A stretch of DNA of 64,000 nucleotides from Candidatus Coprovivens sp. (GTDB taxonomy: Bacteria; Bacillota_I; Bacilli_A; RF39; UBA660). Of this stretch, positions 1 to 8,849 are shown in pieces; within the stretch, counting starts at the first letter, position 1, and each line of letters begins with the position of its first letter. The translations under genes and the position numbers were made by a program. Below the pieces are notes generated by a model that was given only the letters and a program-made list of their open reading frames with translations, ran no database searches and was not told where the DNA came from. Where the stretch lies: assembly GCA_051892935.1 (NCBI GenBank), contig JBJFGS010000010.1, forward strand, positions 4,820 through 68,819. Direction: 5' to 3'.

Positions 1-611
1 TATAATAATGTTTTATAAATAATTATATTTTCATTTGTTTCTTTGACATAGCTAAATCTCGGAGCTTGTTTTATATTTATAACACTTATATAATCTATTA
101 AAAGTAATGCTAAAATAAAGATAATAAGATAACCTATATTAATAAATAATCTTTTAAAATAATTTAGTTTTTTTGTTATTTTAAAAATACCTATTAAAGA
201 AATTATACATCCAAGGATAGAATAAATACTTCCCCAACTACTTTCACTTGGAAATATAGTCATTGCTGAAATTGAAATCATTATTCCAAATATTATTAAA
301 ATAATACTAATATAATTATTCTTTTGTAATACCCTTTTATTAGTATAATCAATGGTACTAATAATATTTTCTTCTAATTTTTCTTGATATTTATCTTGTG
401 ATACTTTTTCACCACTTATTAAATCATTAATAGTAATATCTAGTTCTTCACATAATCCTTTAAATAATGATAAGTCTGGCATGTTTCGACCATTTTCCCA
501 ATTACTTATTGATTTATCTGATACTCCTAGTTTCTCGGCTAATTCAGATTGAGTTAGTTTTTTATTTTTCCTACATTCAGAAATAAATTTTCCTATTTTT
601 TCTTGATTCAT
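1..611 (-). CDS. XRE-family HTH regulator fused to a C-terminal membrane domain (3' end runs off the left edge)
   Basis: Absent from the ORF track because it is open at the window edge. Hand translation from ATG 611-609 gives MNQEKIGKFISECRKNKKLTQSELAEKLGVSDKSISNWENGRNMPD (Cro/C1-type HTH). Two hydrophobic segments follow (NYISIILIIFGIMISISAM; IYSILGCIISLIGIF). No stop down to position 3. RBS aaaggaga lies 7 nt upstream. Confidence 0.8.
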   Translation of the reverse strand, partial: MNQEKIGKFISECRKNKKLTQSELAEKLGVSDKSISNWENGRNMPDLSLFKGLCEELDITINDLISGEKVSQDKYQEKLEENIISTIDYTNKRVLQKNNYISIILIIFGIMISISAMTIFPSESSWGSIYSILGCIISLIGIFKITKKLNYFKRLFINIGYLIIFILALLLIDYISVINIKQAPRFSYVKETNENIIIYKTLL

Positions 612-808
612 AAAAAATTCTCCTTTTCATGATTTTATTATGCTGTTAATCAATAAATAATAACAGGAAATATAACTAGAGTTTTATTAATATATTTTAT
701 CATAAAAAAATTATTATGAGATTAGTGTATTCTATGTTATCAACTATAATAAAAATATAATAAAAATCTTAAAAGTATGATAAAATAAAAACATAAGGAG
801 TGATAGTT

Positions 809-1051
809 ATGTTAGGTGAATCAGAAAAACAGATTGATTCAAGAACAAAGTTTGTAGTTGGAAGCGAGGAATATAATAATTACTATTTTCCTATAATTGA
901 TAATTCTGATGATAAATTGATTTATGAAAAAAAAGATAGAATTACTTTAGAAGATACAGCAATTGATCCTAAGACAGGGTTTGTTATAGGAAGTGAAGAA
1001 TATAATAATTATTATTCTTCTGAAGTTGAAGACTTAGGAAGACATAGATAA
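809..1051 (+). CDS. small hypothetical protein with an internal duplication (KFVVGSEEYNNYY / GFVIGSEEYNNYY)
   Basis: The track ORF is 800..1051, but ATG 809 sits behind AAGGAG (795-800). No TM or signal peptide. A terminator follows. Divergent from the XRE gene. Confidence 0.5.
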   Translation: MLGESEKQIDSRTKFVVGSEEYNNYYFPIIDNSDDKLIYEKKDRITLEDTAIDPKTGFVIGSEEYNNYYSSEVEDLGRHR

Positions 1052-1062
1052 TAAATACTAAT

Positions 1063-1085
1063 AGCTATAATTATAGCTTTTTTAT
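1063..1085 (+). terminator. intrinsic terminator
   Basis: Palindrome agctataattatagct followed by a T-run, 12 nt after the stop codon. Confidence 0.6.
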
Positions 1086-1160
1086 AAAATCACTATAATA
1101 AAAGGGTATAAAAAATTTAAAATATATGATAAAACAATATAGAAAGGTAGTGTGATATGT

Positions 1161-2426
1161 ATGAATTATGAACAAAATAATTCTAATACACAAGGTAATA
1201 ATGGAATGCCTAATAATCAAAATATTCAAGTTAGTCAAAATCAACAGAATTATATGCAAAATAGCAATTTACAAACAGGTATGGAACAATTAAACACGTC
1301 AATCCAACAAAATGCAAATTACCCAAATAGTGTTGCTTATCAGCAGCCTACTACTAATGATACTAGTAATGATGATTTAATAAAGTTCTTTATTGGAAAA
1401 AATTATGAGAAAATAACAACTAGAAATTTCAATTTTGCAGGATTCTTTTTTGCAGGATTGTATATGTTTTATAGAAAAATGTTTCTATATGGTATTTTAT
1501 TTTACTTGATTTCTTTAACAGTTTCTCTAATAACTAATAATCTTTTTATAAGTCTATTGCTTAATATATTAGTTGGTCTTTTTGTAAATAAATTATATTT
1601 ATATTTTGTTAATAAAAGAATCGAAAAGATTAAAATTCAAAATCCTAATAAAAGTATAGATGATATAAAACTAATATGTATGTCTAAAGGCGGAACAAGT
1701 ATAGGTCTAATATTTTGGGGATTTTTTTCTTGTATTGGTATACAACTAATTGTGTCAGTAGCAATGATTATTATGGGATTTGGTGATGTTGTTAGTAAAT
1801 ATTTTAATATTAATAATTTTAAAGTAATAATAAATAAGAATGATTCTAGTTCTAATAATGACTCAGATAAGGAGAAAGATGATAATACTATATTAGCTGA
1901 AGATGTTAATATTATTGGTTATACTTGTATTCTTTCTAATTGCACTATTTCAATTGGAGAAATTGGTAATACTTTAGAATATAAATTAAAAGTTAATAAT
2001 GCTGATTTATTTAAAGAATTAAATAATTATAGTGATTATATTAGAATAGATGTTTATTATACACAAAAGGGTGATGTTCGTACTATTACTGATTTTAAAA
2101 TTTATTTAAAAATAAATAATGAAGAAATAAGTAATTCTTCAAGTGTAAATGAATTAAGAACTAAAATAGGTTTATATTTAGCTGGAACTCATTCAGATTC
2201 ACTCACATTAAAAAAAATTGGTAGTACAGGAATTGGTTATGATGGAGATTATTCCTATACTTATACAGAGTTTTTATTTGTAAGTAGTAAAAATATCGAA
2301 TACAAGATGAAATATATAAATTATAATAACTCCTTAATTTTGGTTGAAGGTAATACTTATAATGTTACTTTTGAAGTTATTGAAGAAGACTTGGAATATG
2401 ATTTTTATATTAAAGAAATTAAGTAG
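1161..2426 (+). CDS. membrane protein with Q/N-rich N-terminus, DUF2628-like TM core and unknown C-terminal domain
   Basis: FNFAGFFFAGLYMFYRKMFLYGILFYLI resembles the DUF2628 core. Several TM segments. Start uncertain: ATG 1161 preferred over GTG 1152. Confidence 0.65.
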   Translation: MNYEQNNSNTQGNNGMPNNQNIQVSQNQQNYMQNSNLQTGMEQLNTSIQQNANYPNSVAYQQPTTNDTSNDDLIKFFIGKNYEKITTRNFNFAGFFFAGLYMFYRKMFLYGILFYLISLTVSLITNNLFISLLLNILVGLFVNKLYLYFVNKRIEKIKIQNPNKSIDDIKLICMSKGGTSIGLIFWGFFSCIGIQLIVSVAMIIMGFGDVVSKYFNINNFKVIINKNDSSSNNDSDKEKDDNTILAEDVNIIGYTCILSNCTISIGEIGNTLEYKLKVNNADLFKELNNYSDYIRIDVYYTQKGDVRTITDFKIYLKINNEEISNSSSVNELRTKIGLYLAGTHSDSLTLKKIGSTGIGYDGDYSYTYTEFLFVSSKNIEYKMKYINYNNSLILVEGNTYNVTFEVIEEDLEYDFYIKEIK

Positions 2427-2443
2427 TTTATTATAATTAAAAG

Positions 2444-2472
2444 AAGCAAACTTTAGAAGTTTGCTTTTTTTG
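2444..2472 (+). terminator. intrinsic terminator
   Basis: aagcaaac-tttagaa-gtttgctt hairpin followed by T6. Confidence 0.7.
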
Positions 2473-2568
2473 ATTGTTATGATATTTAGAACACTTTATT
2501 TATTTTCTTTAATATTTTATACCATATATCCGCAAAAATAGCATTTTATGATTTTAAAAGTATATTTA

Positions 2569-2898
2569 TTATTTCAATTTATTCTTTATCCATTCATTGG
2601 TTTTGATTTTAGCTTCTTCAATTACATTTTTTATTGGATATACTAAATCTAATTTGGAAACTATGTTATTTCCTTTTAATATTTCTTCATAATTTTTCCA
2701 AGTATTTCTTAGATTTCCACCATTGCAAACTAGTAAATAAATATTTTTATTTTCTAATTTATTATCTAATAGAAAAGTATTTATTGGTGGCGCATAAGTT
2801 CCAAACCAACAAGGTGAATCTATAATGATATTATCATATTTAGATAAATCAATATTGTATTCCTCTAATTTAGGTTTTTTTGTCATATAAACCTGCAT
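2569..2898 (-). pseudogene. flavodoxin-like protein, C-terminal part only (probable 5'-truncated remnant)
   Basis: YDNIIIDSPCWFGTYAPPINTFL...YLLVCNGG matches the second half of short flavodoxin-family proteins. The N-terminal FMN phosphate-loop region (YYSxSGNT-type) is missing and is not encoded upstream in any frame. Confidence 0.5.
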
Positions 2899-3130
2899 AC
2901 TACCCCAAACAAATCTAAATAAACTTTTAGTTTTTTTCTTTCTTTTAAATATAAATCGATATTATTTATTAATAATTTAAGAATTAATAATTCTTGTGCT
3001 CCAGTTATATGATAATAGTTTTTTGTCCCATCTTTTTCTATTGATATTATTTTTTCATCAAGCAATAATTTCCTTTTTAATATCTTTTGTTAATTCAATT
3101 TTTAATTCAGTATACTCATCTTCAACATGC
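2883..3130 (-). pseudogene. frameshifted remnant of a small winged-helix (PadR/MarR-like) regulator
   Basis: A 24-codon ORF (MHVEDEYTELKIELTKDIKKEIIA*) abuts a shifted 60-aa ORF containing LDEKIISIEKDGTKNYYHITGAQELL, a wing-like motif. There is no intact recognition-helix region. Confidence 0.35.
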
Positions 3131-3277
3131 ATTTATATCACCTCAAATATAGTATGTACAAGACAAAAAGTATTATCAACACATTCGGTCACTTTTCTCT
3201 CATCCAAAATATAAAATTAAATATTTTTCTTATACAAACAAAAAAACGAACTAAAAAAGTTCGAATAAATATCAATA

Positions 3278-3364
3278 TGGTGCCTGTGGTGGGACTCGAA
3301 CCCACACGTTATTGCTAACACTGGATTTTGAGTCCAGCGCGTCTACCAATTCCGCCACACAGGC
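3278..3364 (-). tRNA. tRNA-Leu (anticodon CAA), CCA encoded
   Basis: Acceptor stem GCCTGTG/CACAGGC. Anticodon stem CTGGA/TCCAG with loop CTCAAAA. Long variable arm. T-arm GTGGG-TTCGAGT-CCCAC. 3' ACCA. Confidence 0.93.
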
Positions 3365-3428
3365 ATTACATAAATAATTATAACATATTTTATAGAAAAA
3401 TAAAGAAAAGATTTAGAAAATCTAAATC

Positions 3429-4007
3429 TTATTGTATAAAACCATACTTTTTAAAGGCATCTTTTAATGTATCAATATCTTTACTTCCTATTATTCGTGA
3501 ATCGGGGATTTCAATTCCATCTTGATAAAATATTGTCGTAGGTGTTCCGTTGGATTGAGTAATTTCTAAAATATTTTCATATTCATCTTCAGATAAGGTT
3601 AGTAAGTCTATTTCATAACCTGGAAGATTGTATGTATTTACTATATTATAGTATTTTGGTAAGTATTCTTGACAATGAGAACAAAGTGCTTGACTTATTA
3701 CAAGAATGAATGTTTCTTTATTATTTATCTTTTCTTGATATTCTGAAAATGTTATCTTATGACTATCTGTTGTTTCATCATATGTTTTATTATTACCATA
3801 CATTGTTTCATAATAATCTAGTTGATATTCTAATTCTTTAATTTCATTTTTATATTTTTTAACTTTTATTTTTTGTTCTGATATTTCATCTTCTAAATCA
3901 TCAATTATTTGGTTTCTTTTAGTTAATTCGATATATGAATATATATTACCTGTTACTAATAATATTGCTATTATAATAGCTATTATTTTTATTACTTTTT
4001 TGTTCAT
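3429..4007 (-). CDS. membrane-anchored thioredoxin-fold protein with CxxC motif (CSHC)
   Basis: N-terminal TM (IIAIIIAILLVTGNIY), coiled-coil linker, then FILVISQALCSHCQEYLP...GTPTTIFY, typical of thioredoxin-like proteins. Confidence 0.7.
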   Translation of the reverse strand: MNKKVIKIIAIIIAILLVTGNIYSYIELTKRNQIIDDLEDEISEQKIKVKKYKNEIKELEYQLDYYETMYGNNKTYDETTDSHKITFSEYQEKINNKETFILVISQALCSHCQEYLPKYYNIVNTYNLPGYEIDLLTLSEDEYENILEITQSNGTPTTIFYQDGIEIPDSRIIGSKDIDTLKDAFKKYGFIQ

Positions 4008-4017
4008 GGTACCACCT

Positions 4018-4611
4018 TTATTCTATTATTTCTATTCCAAGTAGTTTTGCTAAATCAATCGCTTGAAACTGATTTACTATTATTCCTTTTAGACATTTAC
4101 TTTCTAATTTTATTCCTTCTATATTACAGTTACTAAAATTAATACCAGATAATTTTGTTGATAGAAATTCGCTTGAATAAAAGTTGGTGTTATCTAATAT
4201 TGTTTTTTGTAATTCAACGTTATAAAAGTTGCTTTCTGTAAAATCTGATTTTGCTATTGTTAGTTCTTTTGTCTTTGTATCTACAATATTAATATATTTA
4301 CATAGTGAATTATTGATTATTACTTTTGTAGTATGACAATTATTTAAATTAGCTCCAATTAATTTGCAATTAAGGAATTCTACTTCTCGAAAATTACAAT
4401 CTATAAATTTTATATTTGATAAATCACAATTATTAAATATTATCTTTTCAAAATAAATATTTTCATATGTTGATGTTGTAAGGTCACATTTATCAAATTT
4501 GGTATTTACAATGCTTTTATTGTGTATTTCTACATTGGAAAATATTTCTTTTTGATATTCTTCGTTATATATATCTTCTTCATCTTCTAAATATAAACTA
4601 ATTTTGTTCAT
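4018..4611 (-). CDS. pentapeptide-repeat protein
   Basis: Continuous 5-residue periodicity, e.g. FNNCDLSNIKFIDCNFREVEFLNCKLIGANLNNC. Overlaps the scpB stop by 14 nt. Confidence 0.85.
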   Translation of the reverse strand: MNKISLYLEDEEDIYNEEYQKEIFSNVEIHNKSIVNTKFDKCDLTTSTYENIYFEKIIFNNCDLSNIKFIDCNFREVEFLNCKLIGANLNNCHTTKVIINNSLCKYINIVDTKTKELTIAKSDFTESNFYNVELQKTILDNTNFYSSEFLSTKLSGINFSNCNIEGIKLESKCLKGIIVNQFQAIDLAKLLGIEIIE

Positions 4612-5176
4612 TTTCTGTTTTTTCCTTGTAGATAGATGTGAATAACTCTGTTTCTTCTTCAGTAGGTTCTTCTTTGGTTAGTATTGTTGGTAGTTCGCTG
4701 ATTGAAGATAGTCCGAAGTAATCTAAGAATTCACTTGTTGTCGCATATAGGTTTGGGCGACCTGGCATAGTTGATTTTCCTGCTTCTTTTATAAGTCCTT
4801 TAGCAATTAGCTTTCTTATCATTTGACCATTATTAACGCCACGCATTTCATCTACTTCTAATCTAGTTATCGGTTGGTTATAAGCTATTATTGCAAGAAC
4901 TTCTAGAGCTGCTGGAGATAGAGTGTTGCTTTCAGGATTTTCGATTAATTTTTGATAGTATTCTTTATGCTCTTTTTTTGTTGTTAATTTAAACGCGTCT
5001 CCAAGATAACTTATTCTAATTCCTCTATTGTCAGCATCGTAACTTTTTTTTAGTTCCATAAGTAATCTCTTGGCTTCTTCTAAATCAATATTTAATATGT
5101 CACATATTTGAGTTAAAGTTACTCCTTCATCTCCAACTACAAATAGTATTCCCTCCAAAACTCCTAATAAATTCAT
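4598..5176 (-). CDS. scpB: segregation and condensation protein B
   Basis: LEGILFVVGDEGVTL...SPAALEVLAIIAYNQPITRLEVDEMRGV...GRPNLYATT. Directly follows scpA. Confidence 0.92.
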   Translation of the reverse strand: MNLLGVLEGILFVVGDEGVTLTQICDILNIDLEEAKRLLMELKKSYDADNRGIRISYLGDAFKLTTKKEHKEYYQKLIENPESNTLSPAALEVLAIIAYNQPITRLEVDEMRGVNNGQMIRKLIAKGLIKEAGKSTMPGRPNLYATTSEFLDYFGLSSISELPTILTKEEPTEEETELFTSIYKEKTENEQN

Positions 5177-5902
5177 TTACTTCACACTTTCTATCATGAT
5201 AGGACTAAAGTTATCTTCTTGTGTTAATGTTATTTCGTTGTTTTTGGTCATTTCTAATATTGAAAGAAATGTTACTACAACATTTTCTTTTGTAACTTCA
5301 GTAAAAAGTTCAATAAAATTAACTCTTTTCCTTACATTTAAAATATTTCTAATATCCTTTATTTTGTCTTCAACACTTAGTTCTTTTTTGGTTATTTTAG
5401 TATTTAAAGGTTTGGCTAATTTCTGCCTTTCTATAAATAGCTTATATGCATTAAATAAATCACTTATATCAAATTCGCCTTTTTGGATTCCAGTTTCTTC
5501 TATATATTCTTTTAGTGATTCTGGTAATTTAGTATATACTTCTCCTCTTTTTTCTTCTAATTCATGAAAACTTTGTGTCAATAGTTTATATTTTTCATAT
5601 TCGAGTAGTTTGTTTCTCAGATCTTCTTCTGATGTAAAAGAAAACTCATCTTCTTGAGATGATTCTTCATCTTTACGATTAACTAATAACTTACTTTTTA
5701 AATGAATTAGTTCTGAGGCCATTACAAGATATTCACTAGCTATATCAATGTTTTTTTCTTCAAGACTATGAATAAAATCTAAGTATTGATTTATAATATC
5801 ACAAATGTTTATTTCATAAATGTCCATTTTTGATTCTTTTACTAAGTGTAATAATAAATCTAATGGTCCTTCAAAATCTGTGGTGCAAAAGTTGTAAGTC
5901 AT
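5177..5902 (-). CDS. scpA: segregation and condensation protein A
   Basis: FEGPLDLLLHLVKESKMDIYEINICDIINQYLDFI is a kleisin N-terminal motif. Synteny with scpB. Confidence 0.92.
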   Translation of the reverse strand: MTYNFCTTDFEGPLDLLLHLVKESKMDIYEINICDIINQYLDFIHSLEEKNIDIASEYLVMASELIHLKSKLLVNRKDEESSQEDEFSFTSEEDLRNKLLEYEKYKLLTQSFHELEEKRGEVYTKLPESLKEYIEETGIQKGEFDISDLFNAYKLFIERQKLAKPLNTKITKKELSVEDKIKDIRNILNVRKRVNFIELFTEVTKENVVVTFLSILEMTKNNEITLTQEDNFSPIMIESVK

Positions 5903-5912
5903 AGTTATCCCC

Positions 5913-7016
5913 CTAGCTACATGTATATGCTTGTGATTCTAGTTCAAAAGATATTATATCTTTTGATTCGCCGTATCTAAAGAAACGGAATGTATTAAGT
6001 TCAGCTAATTGAGCTTCAGTTATTTTACTTAGTTCAAATTCATTAATCATTTGAAAATCTACATTTGTTTCTATGAATATTGAACTGAAGTTTGGTACAG
6101 TCTTATATTTTTCAGATAAACTTTGGTATTTAGCTTTACTACTAGCATAATCTTTGTTCTGATTTGAAGTTTCTTTATATACATCATATATTTTTACTAA
6201 TTTATCTTCTTTAAAATAGTATTTAATTGTATTGTTATGGTAAGTACATTTCATTACTTCGTACTCACCTTCTTTTTCAACTAAGTTTACTTTTGGATAT
6301 GAATATGTTGATAATTCTTCTATTTTAAAACGATTTGATTTTTTGAAAGCATTTTCTGTTATATTAAGTGTTATTGTTTGTGCTCCCATTGCTCCTATAG
6401 CTTCGTAAGAATATATTAAACTATGGAATAAGACGTTTTCGTTTTCATCATATAAAACAACATAATATTTTTTATCAAAGCGATATGTTCGTAAAGCGGT
6501 ATTTGTAATTGTAAATGAAATATGGTATTCATCGTTTGCACTTGATTTAACAAAGTTTGTAAATTCTAGGTCACCTATTTTAGCTCTTACTGATGATTTT
6601 TCAAAAAAGTAATACTCTCCTTCAGTTTCTTCCCCACTTTGTTGCACTTCATTTAGTGGTATAAAAGTAAAGTCAAAGTGTTTGCTTACATAAGGCAATA
6701 ATAATATACATGAGAATAAAATGGCAAAGAAAATGGCTGGTACAACTGGACTAGCTTCTTTTTCTGGCTTGATCTCGTAAAGTACTTTTTCAGTGCCGTT
6801 GTATTGAACTGGTTTTTTTTCTATTTTAGGTTGTTCTATGTTTTGCTCTTTAACTTCAGGTATTTCTTCTTTGCTATTAGGTATTTCAACTTTTTCTTCA
6901 GATGCAGCGCCAAATATTTGACTAAAATCAGCTTGTTGTTCTTTTCCTGGTTTAGGTAATTCTATTTCTTTGATATTTTGTTTTACTGAATCTGTTGTTT
7001 CACCTTTATTATCCAT
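5913..7016 (-). CDS. membrane-anchored hypothetical protein (E/K-rich N-terminus, one TM, extracytoplasmic domain)
   Basis: TM VVPAIFFAILFSCILLLPYV. No recognisable family. Confidence 0.6.
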   Translation of the reverse strand: MDNKGETTDSVKQNIKEIELPKPGKEQQADFSQIFGAASEEKVEIPNSKEEIPEVKEQNIEQPKIEKKPVQYNGTEKVLYEIKPEKEASPVVPAIFFAILFSCILLLPYVSKHFDFTFIPLNEVQQSGEETEGEYYFFEKSSVRAKIGDLEFTNFVKSSANDEYHISFTITNTALRTYRFDKKYYVVLYDENENVLFHSLIYSYEAIGAMGAQTITLNITENAFKKSNRFKIEELSTYSYPKVNLVEKEGEYEVMKCTYHNNTIKYYFKEDKLVKIYDVYKETSNQNKDYASSKAKYQSLSEKYKTVPNFSSIFIETNVDFQMINEFELSKITEAQLAELNTFRFFRYGESKDIISFELESQAYTCS

Positions 7017-7082
7017 ATAAATCCCTTCATTCTTTATACTTTATTATATCAAATATATGTTAAATAAAAAAGAGATTATTGA

Positions 7083-7433
7083 TTAATCTCTTATTTTACC
7101 AATGAAAGAAAATATAAATCCAAAAAAGATTGCTCCACTGATACCAGCACTTGTTGTACTTAGAATGTTATTAAACATTCCTATAAAACCATTTGTATTA
7201 TATCCTTCTAAGGCTGCTTGATATAAAGCATTGCCAAATGATGTTATTGGAATACTACTTCCTACTAGTGAGTATTCTCTTATTAAATCATATAATCCTA
7301 AGAAAGAAAGAATTGCTCCTATAATTACAAATATACTAGTTATATGCCCTGGTGTTAGATTAGTGTTATCTAATATTATTTGTCCTATCATGGAGATTAT
7401 TCCACATACTATGAATGCGTTTATATATATCAT
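7083..7433 (-). CDS. spoVAE: stage V sporulation protein AE (SpoVAEB-type)
   Basis: 116-aa polytopic protein. GQIILDNTNLTPGHITS...ITSFGN motifs. Overlaps the spoVAD stop. Confidence 0.88.
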   Translation of the reverse strand: MIYINAFIVCGIISMIGQIILDNTNLTPGHITSIFVIIGAILSFLGLYDLIREYSLVGSSIPITSFGNALYQAALEGYNTNGFIGMFNNILSTTSAGISGAIFFGFIFSFIGKIRD

Positions 7434-8404
7434 TTTATCACCTCTATACTAATAGCATGAGTTATACCTGGGATAGTTTTTTTAAGATTTACCATTAAGG
7501 GATTATGTAATGATCCTGTTGCTAATAAAAGTATCTTATGATATTTCTTTTCTTTTAATAGTTTTTCAAATAGTACTAAAGGAATTACTACAGGGCCACT
7601 TCCCCCTTGAAATGTTTCTTTTTGATCTTCTTTGTAGATTATACTAGCAGCATCCATGTATGATTTTGGAATAAAATTATACTTTTCTTTGATTAGAGTT
7701 AGAAATAACTTACTACCAAGTTTTCCTAAATCTCCAGTTACTATAAGATCGTAGTAATCTATTGTTCTATTTAATTCTTTTAAATGATTGTTTAATGTTT
7801 CTGCTGCACTCGGAGCCATTACTGCTCCCATATTTGAAGAATCTTTTATACCATAGTCTATAATTGTTCCTATTGTACTTGATTCTAGTTTTATGTTAGT
7901 CGGTTCATTTGATAAAAGTGTACATACTGCACCGGTAGTAGTAAAGGTACTATACTTTTTCTTTTGTGAACCATATTCTACTGGGAAACGATATTGTCTT
8001 TCAGCATTAAGGTTGTGACTTGAAGTAATAGAAAGTCCTTCTTTTATATTATTATTTTCGATAAAGTTTGCTAGTATAATTAGTGATTCATTAAATGTGG
8101 CACATGCATTATATACTCCTAGAAAAGGAATATTTCTATTAGATATATTATATGATGTTATAGCTATTTGATCTATTAAGTCGCCACCTATTAATAATTC
8201 TATTTTATTATTAAGTTTGTTTCTTTTACATATGTTGTTTAAGCAGGTATTTTGCATTTTTATTTCAGCATCTTCTATTTTTTCTTCATTATAGTAATAA
8301 TCTTTTATTGTATTAGGAAATTTTATATTTCCTTGAGATTCTTTTGGTCCAACTATTGTTTCATAGTCTTTTATATAGACATTGTTATATTTAAAACTAG
8401 ACAT
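7430..8404 (-). CDS. spoVAD: stage V sporulation protein AD
   Basis: 324-aa thiolase-fold-like protein (GVYNACATFNESL...GGSGPV). Sits between spoVAC and spoVAE. Confidence 0.88.
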   Translation of the reverse strand: MSSFKYNNVYIKDYETIVGPKESQGNIKFPNTIKDYYYNEEKIEDAEIKMQNTCLNNICKRNKLNNKIELLIGGDLIDQIAITSYNISNRNIPFLGVYNACATFNESLIILANFIENNNIKEGLSITSSHNLNAERQYRFPVEYGSQKKKYSTFTTTGAVCTLLSNEPTNIKLESSTIGTIIDYGIKDSSNMGAVMAPSAAETLNNHLKELNRTIDYYDLIVTGDLGKLGSKLFLTLIKEKYNFIPKSYMDAASIIYKEDQKETFQGGSGPVVIPLVLFEKLLKEKKYHKILLLATGSLHNPLMVNLKKTIPGITHAISIEVIK

Positions 8405-8825
8405 TTAATAGAACCTTTATAATTGTTAAGATGATAGCAGTTACTATGCCATATAGTATAACTGATCCTGCTAGTTTAAAGGTGTTGGAACCAATGTTTA
8501 TAAATCCTTCTTTTTTATAATCTACGATGCATGAAGAAATGGAATGAGCGAATCCTGTTATTGGGATTATTAAACCACATTTAAAGATTGTGAATAGAGT
8601 GTCTGCTTTACCTAATGCTGTTATAAAAGATGTTACTATTATAAGTATTAATAACATAAAAGAAATAGATAGTTCTTCATTATAAGTATTATTTAATTGA
8701 TTAAATAGAAGTGTACCTATTAATCCAATAGTTCCACCACTTATAAATGATATGAACATATTATAGAGTCTATTTTCTTTTGGTGTTATTTGTTCTACTA
8801 ATTCTTTGTATTTTTTGTTATTCAT
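8397..8825 (-). CDS. spoVAC: stage V sporulation protein AC
   Basis: 142-aa four-TM protein (FISGGTIGLIGTLL...ITGFAHS). First gene of the spoVAC-AD-AE triplet. Confidence 0.88.
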   Translation of the reverse strand: MNNKKYKELVEQITPKENRLYNMFISFISGGTIGLIGTLLFNQLNNTYNEELSISFMLLILIIVTSFITALGKADTLFTIFKCGLIIPITGFAHSISSCIVDYKKEGFINIGSNTFKLAGSVILYGIVTAIILTIIKVLLNV

Positions 8826-8849
8826 ATTTAACCTCCAATATTATGATGG

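Noticed and set aside
1071-1259. 62-aa minus-strand ORF spanning the intergenic region and the start of the DUF2628-like gene
   Set aside because: It overlaps a terminator and the RBS and start of the plus-strand gene. It has Ile/Leu/Phe-only composition.
3127-3525. Track ORFs 3127..3318 and 3328..3525 (+)
   Set aside because: They run across the tRNA-Leu gene and the 3' end of the thioredoxin-like gene. The tRNA structure is unambiguous.
5196-5567. Plus-strand ORFs antisense to conserved genes (5196..5567 in scpA, 16193..16435 in proS, 35049..35300 and 35811..36159 in nusA/rimP, 8977..9192 in the sigma gene, 12745..13059, 19302..19568, 22499..22804, 26816..27010, 34507..34713, 59806..60489, 61323..62528 and others)
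   Set aside because: Each overlaps a well-supported gene on the opposite strand. They have Ser/Phe/Leu/Ile-rich composition typical of AT-rich antisense frames and lack RBS motifs.
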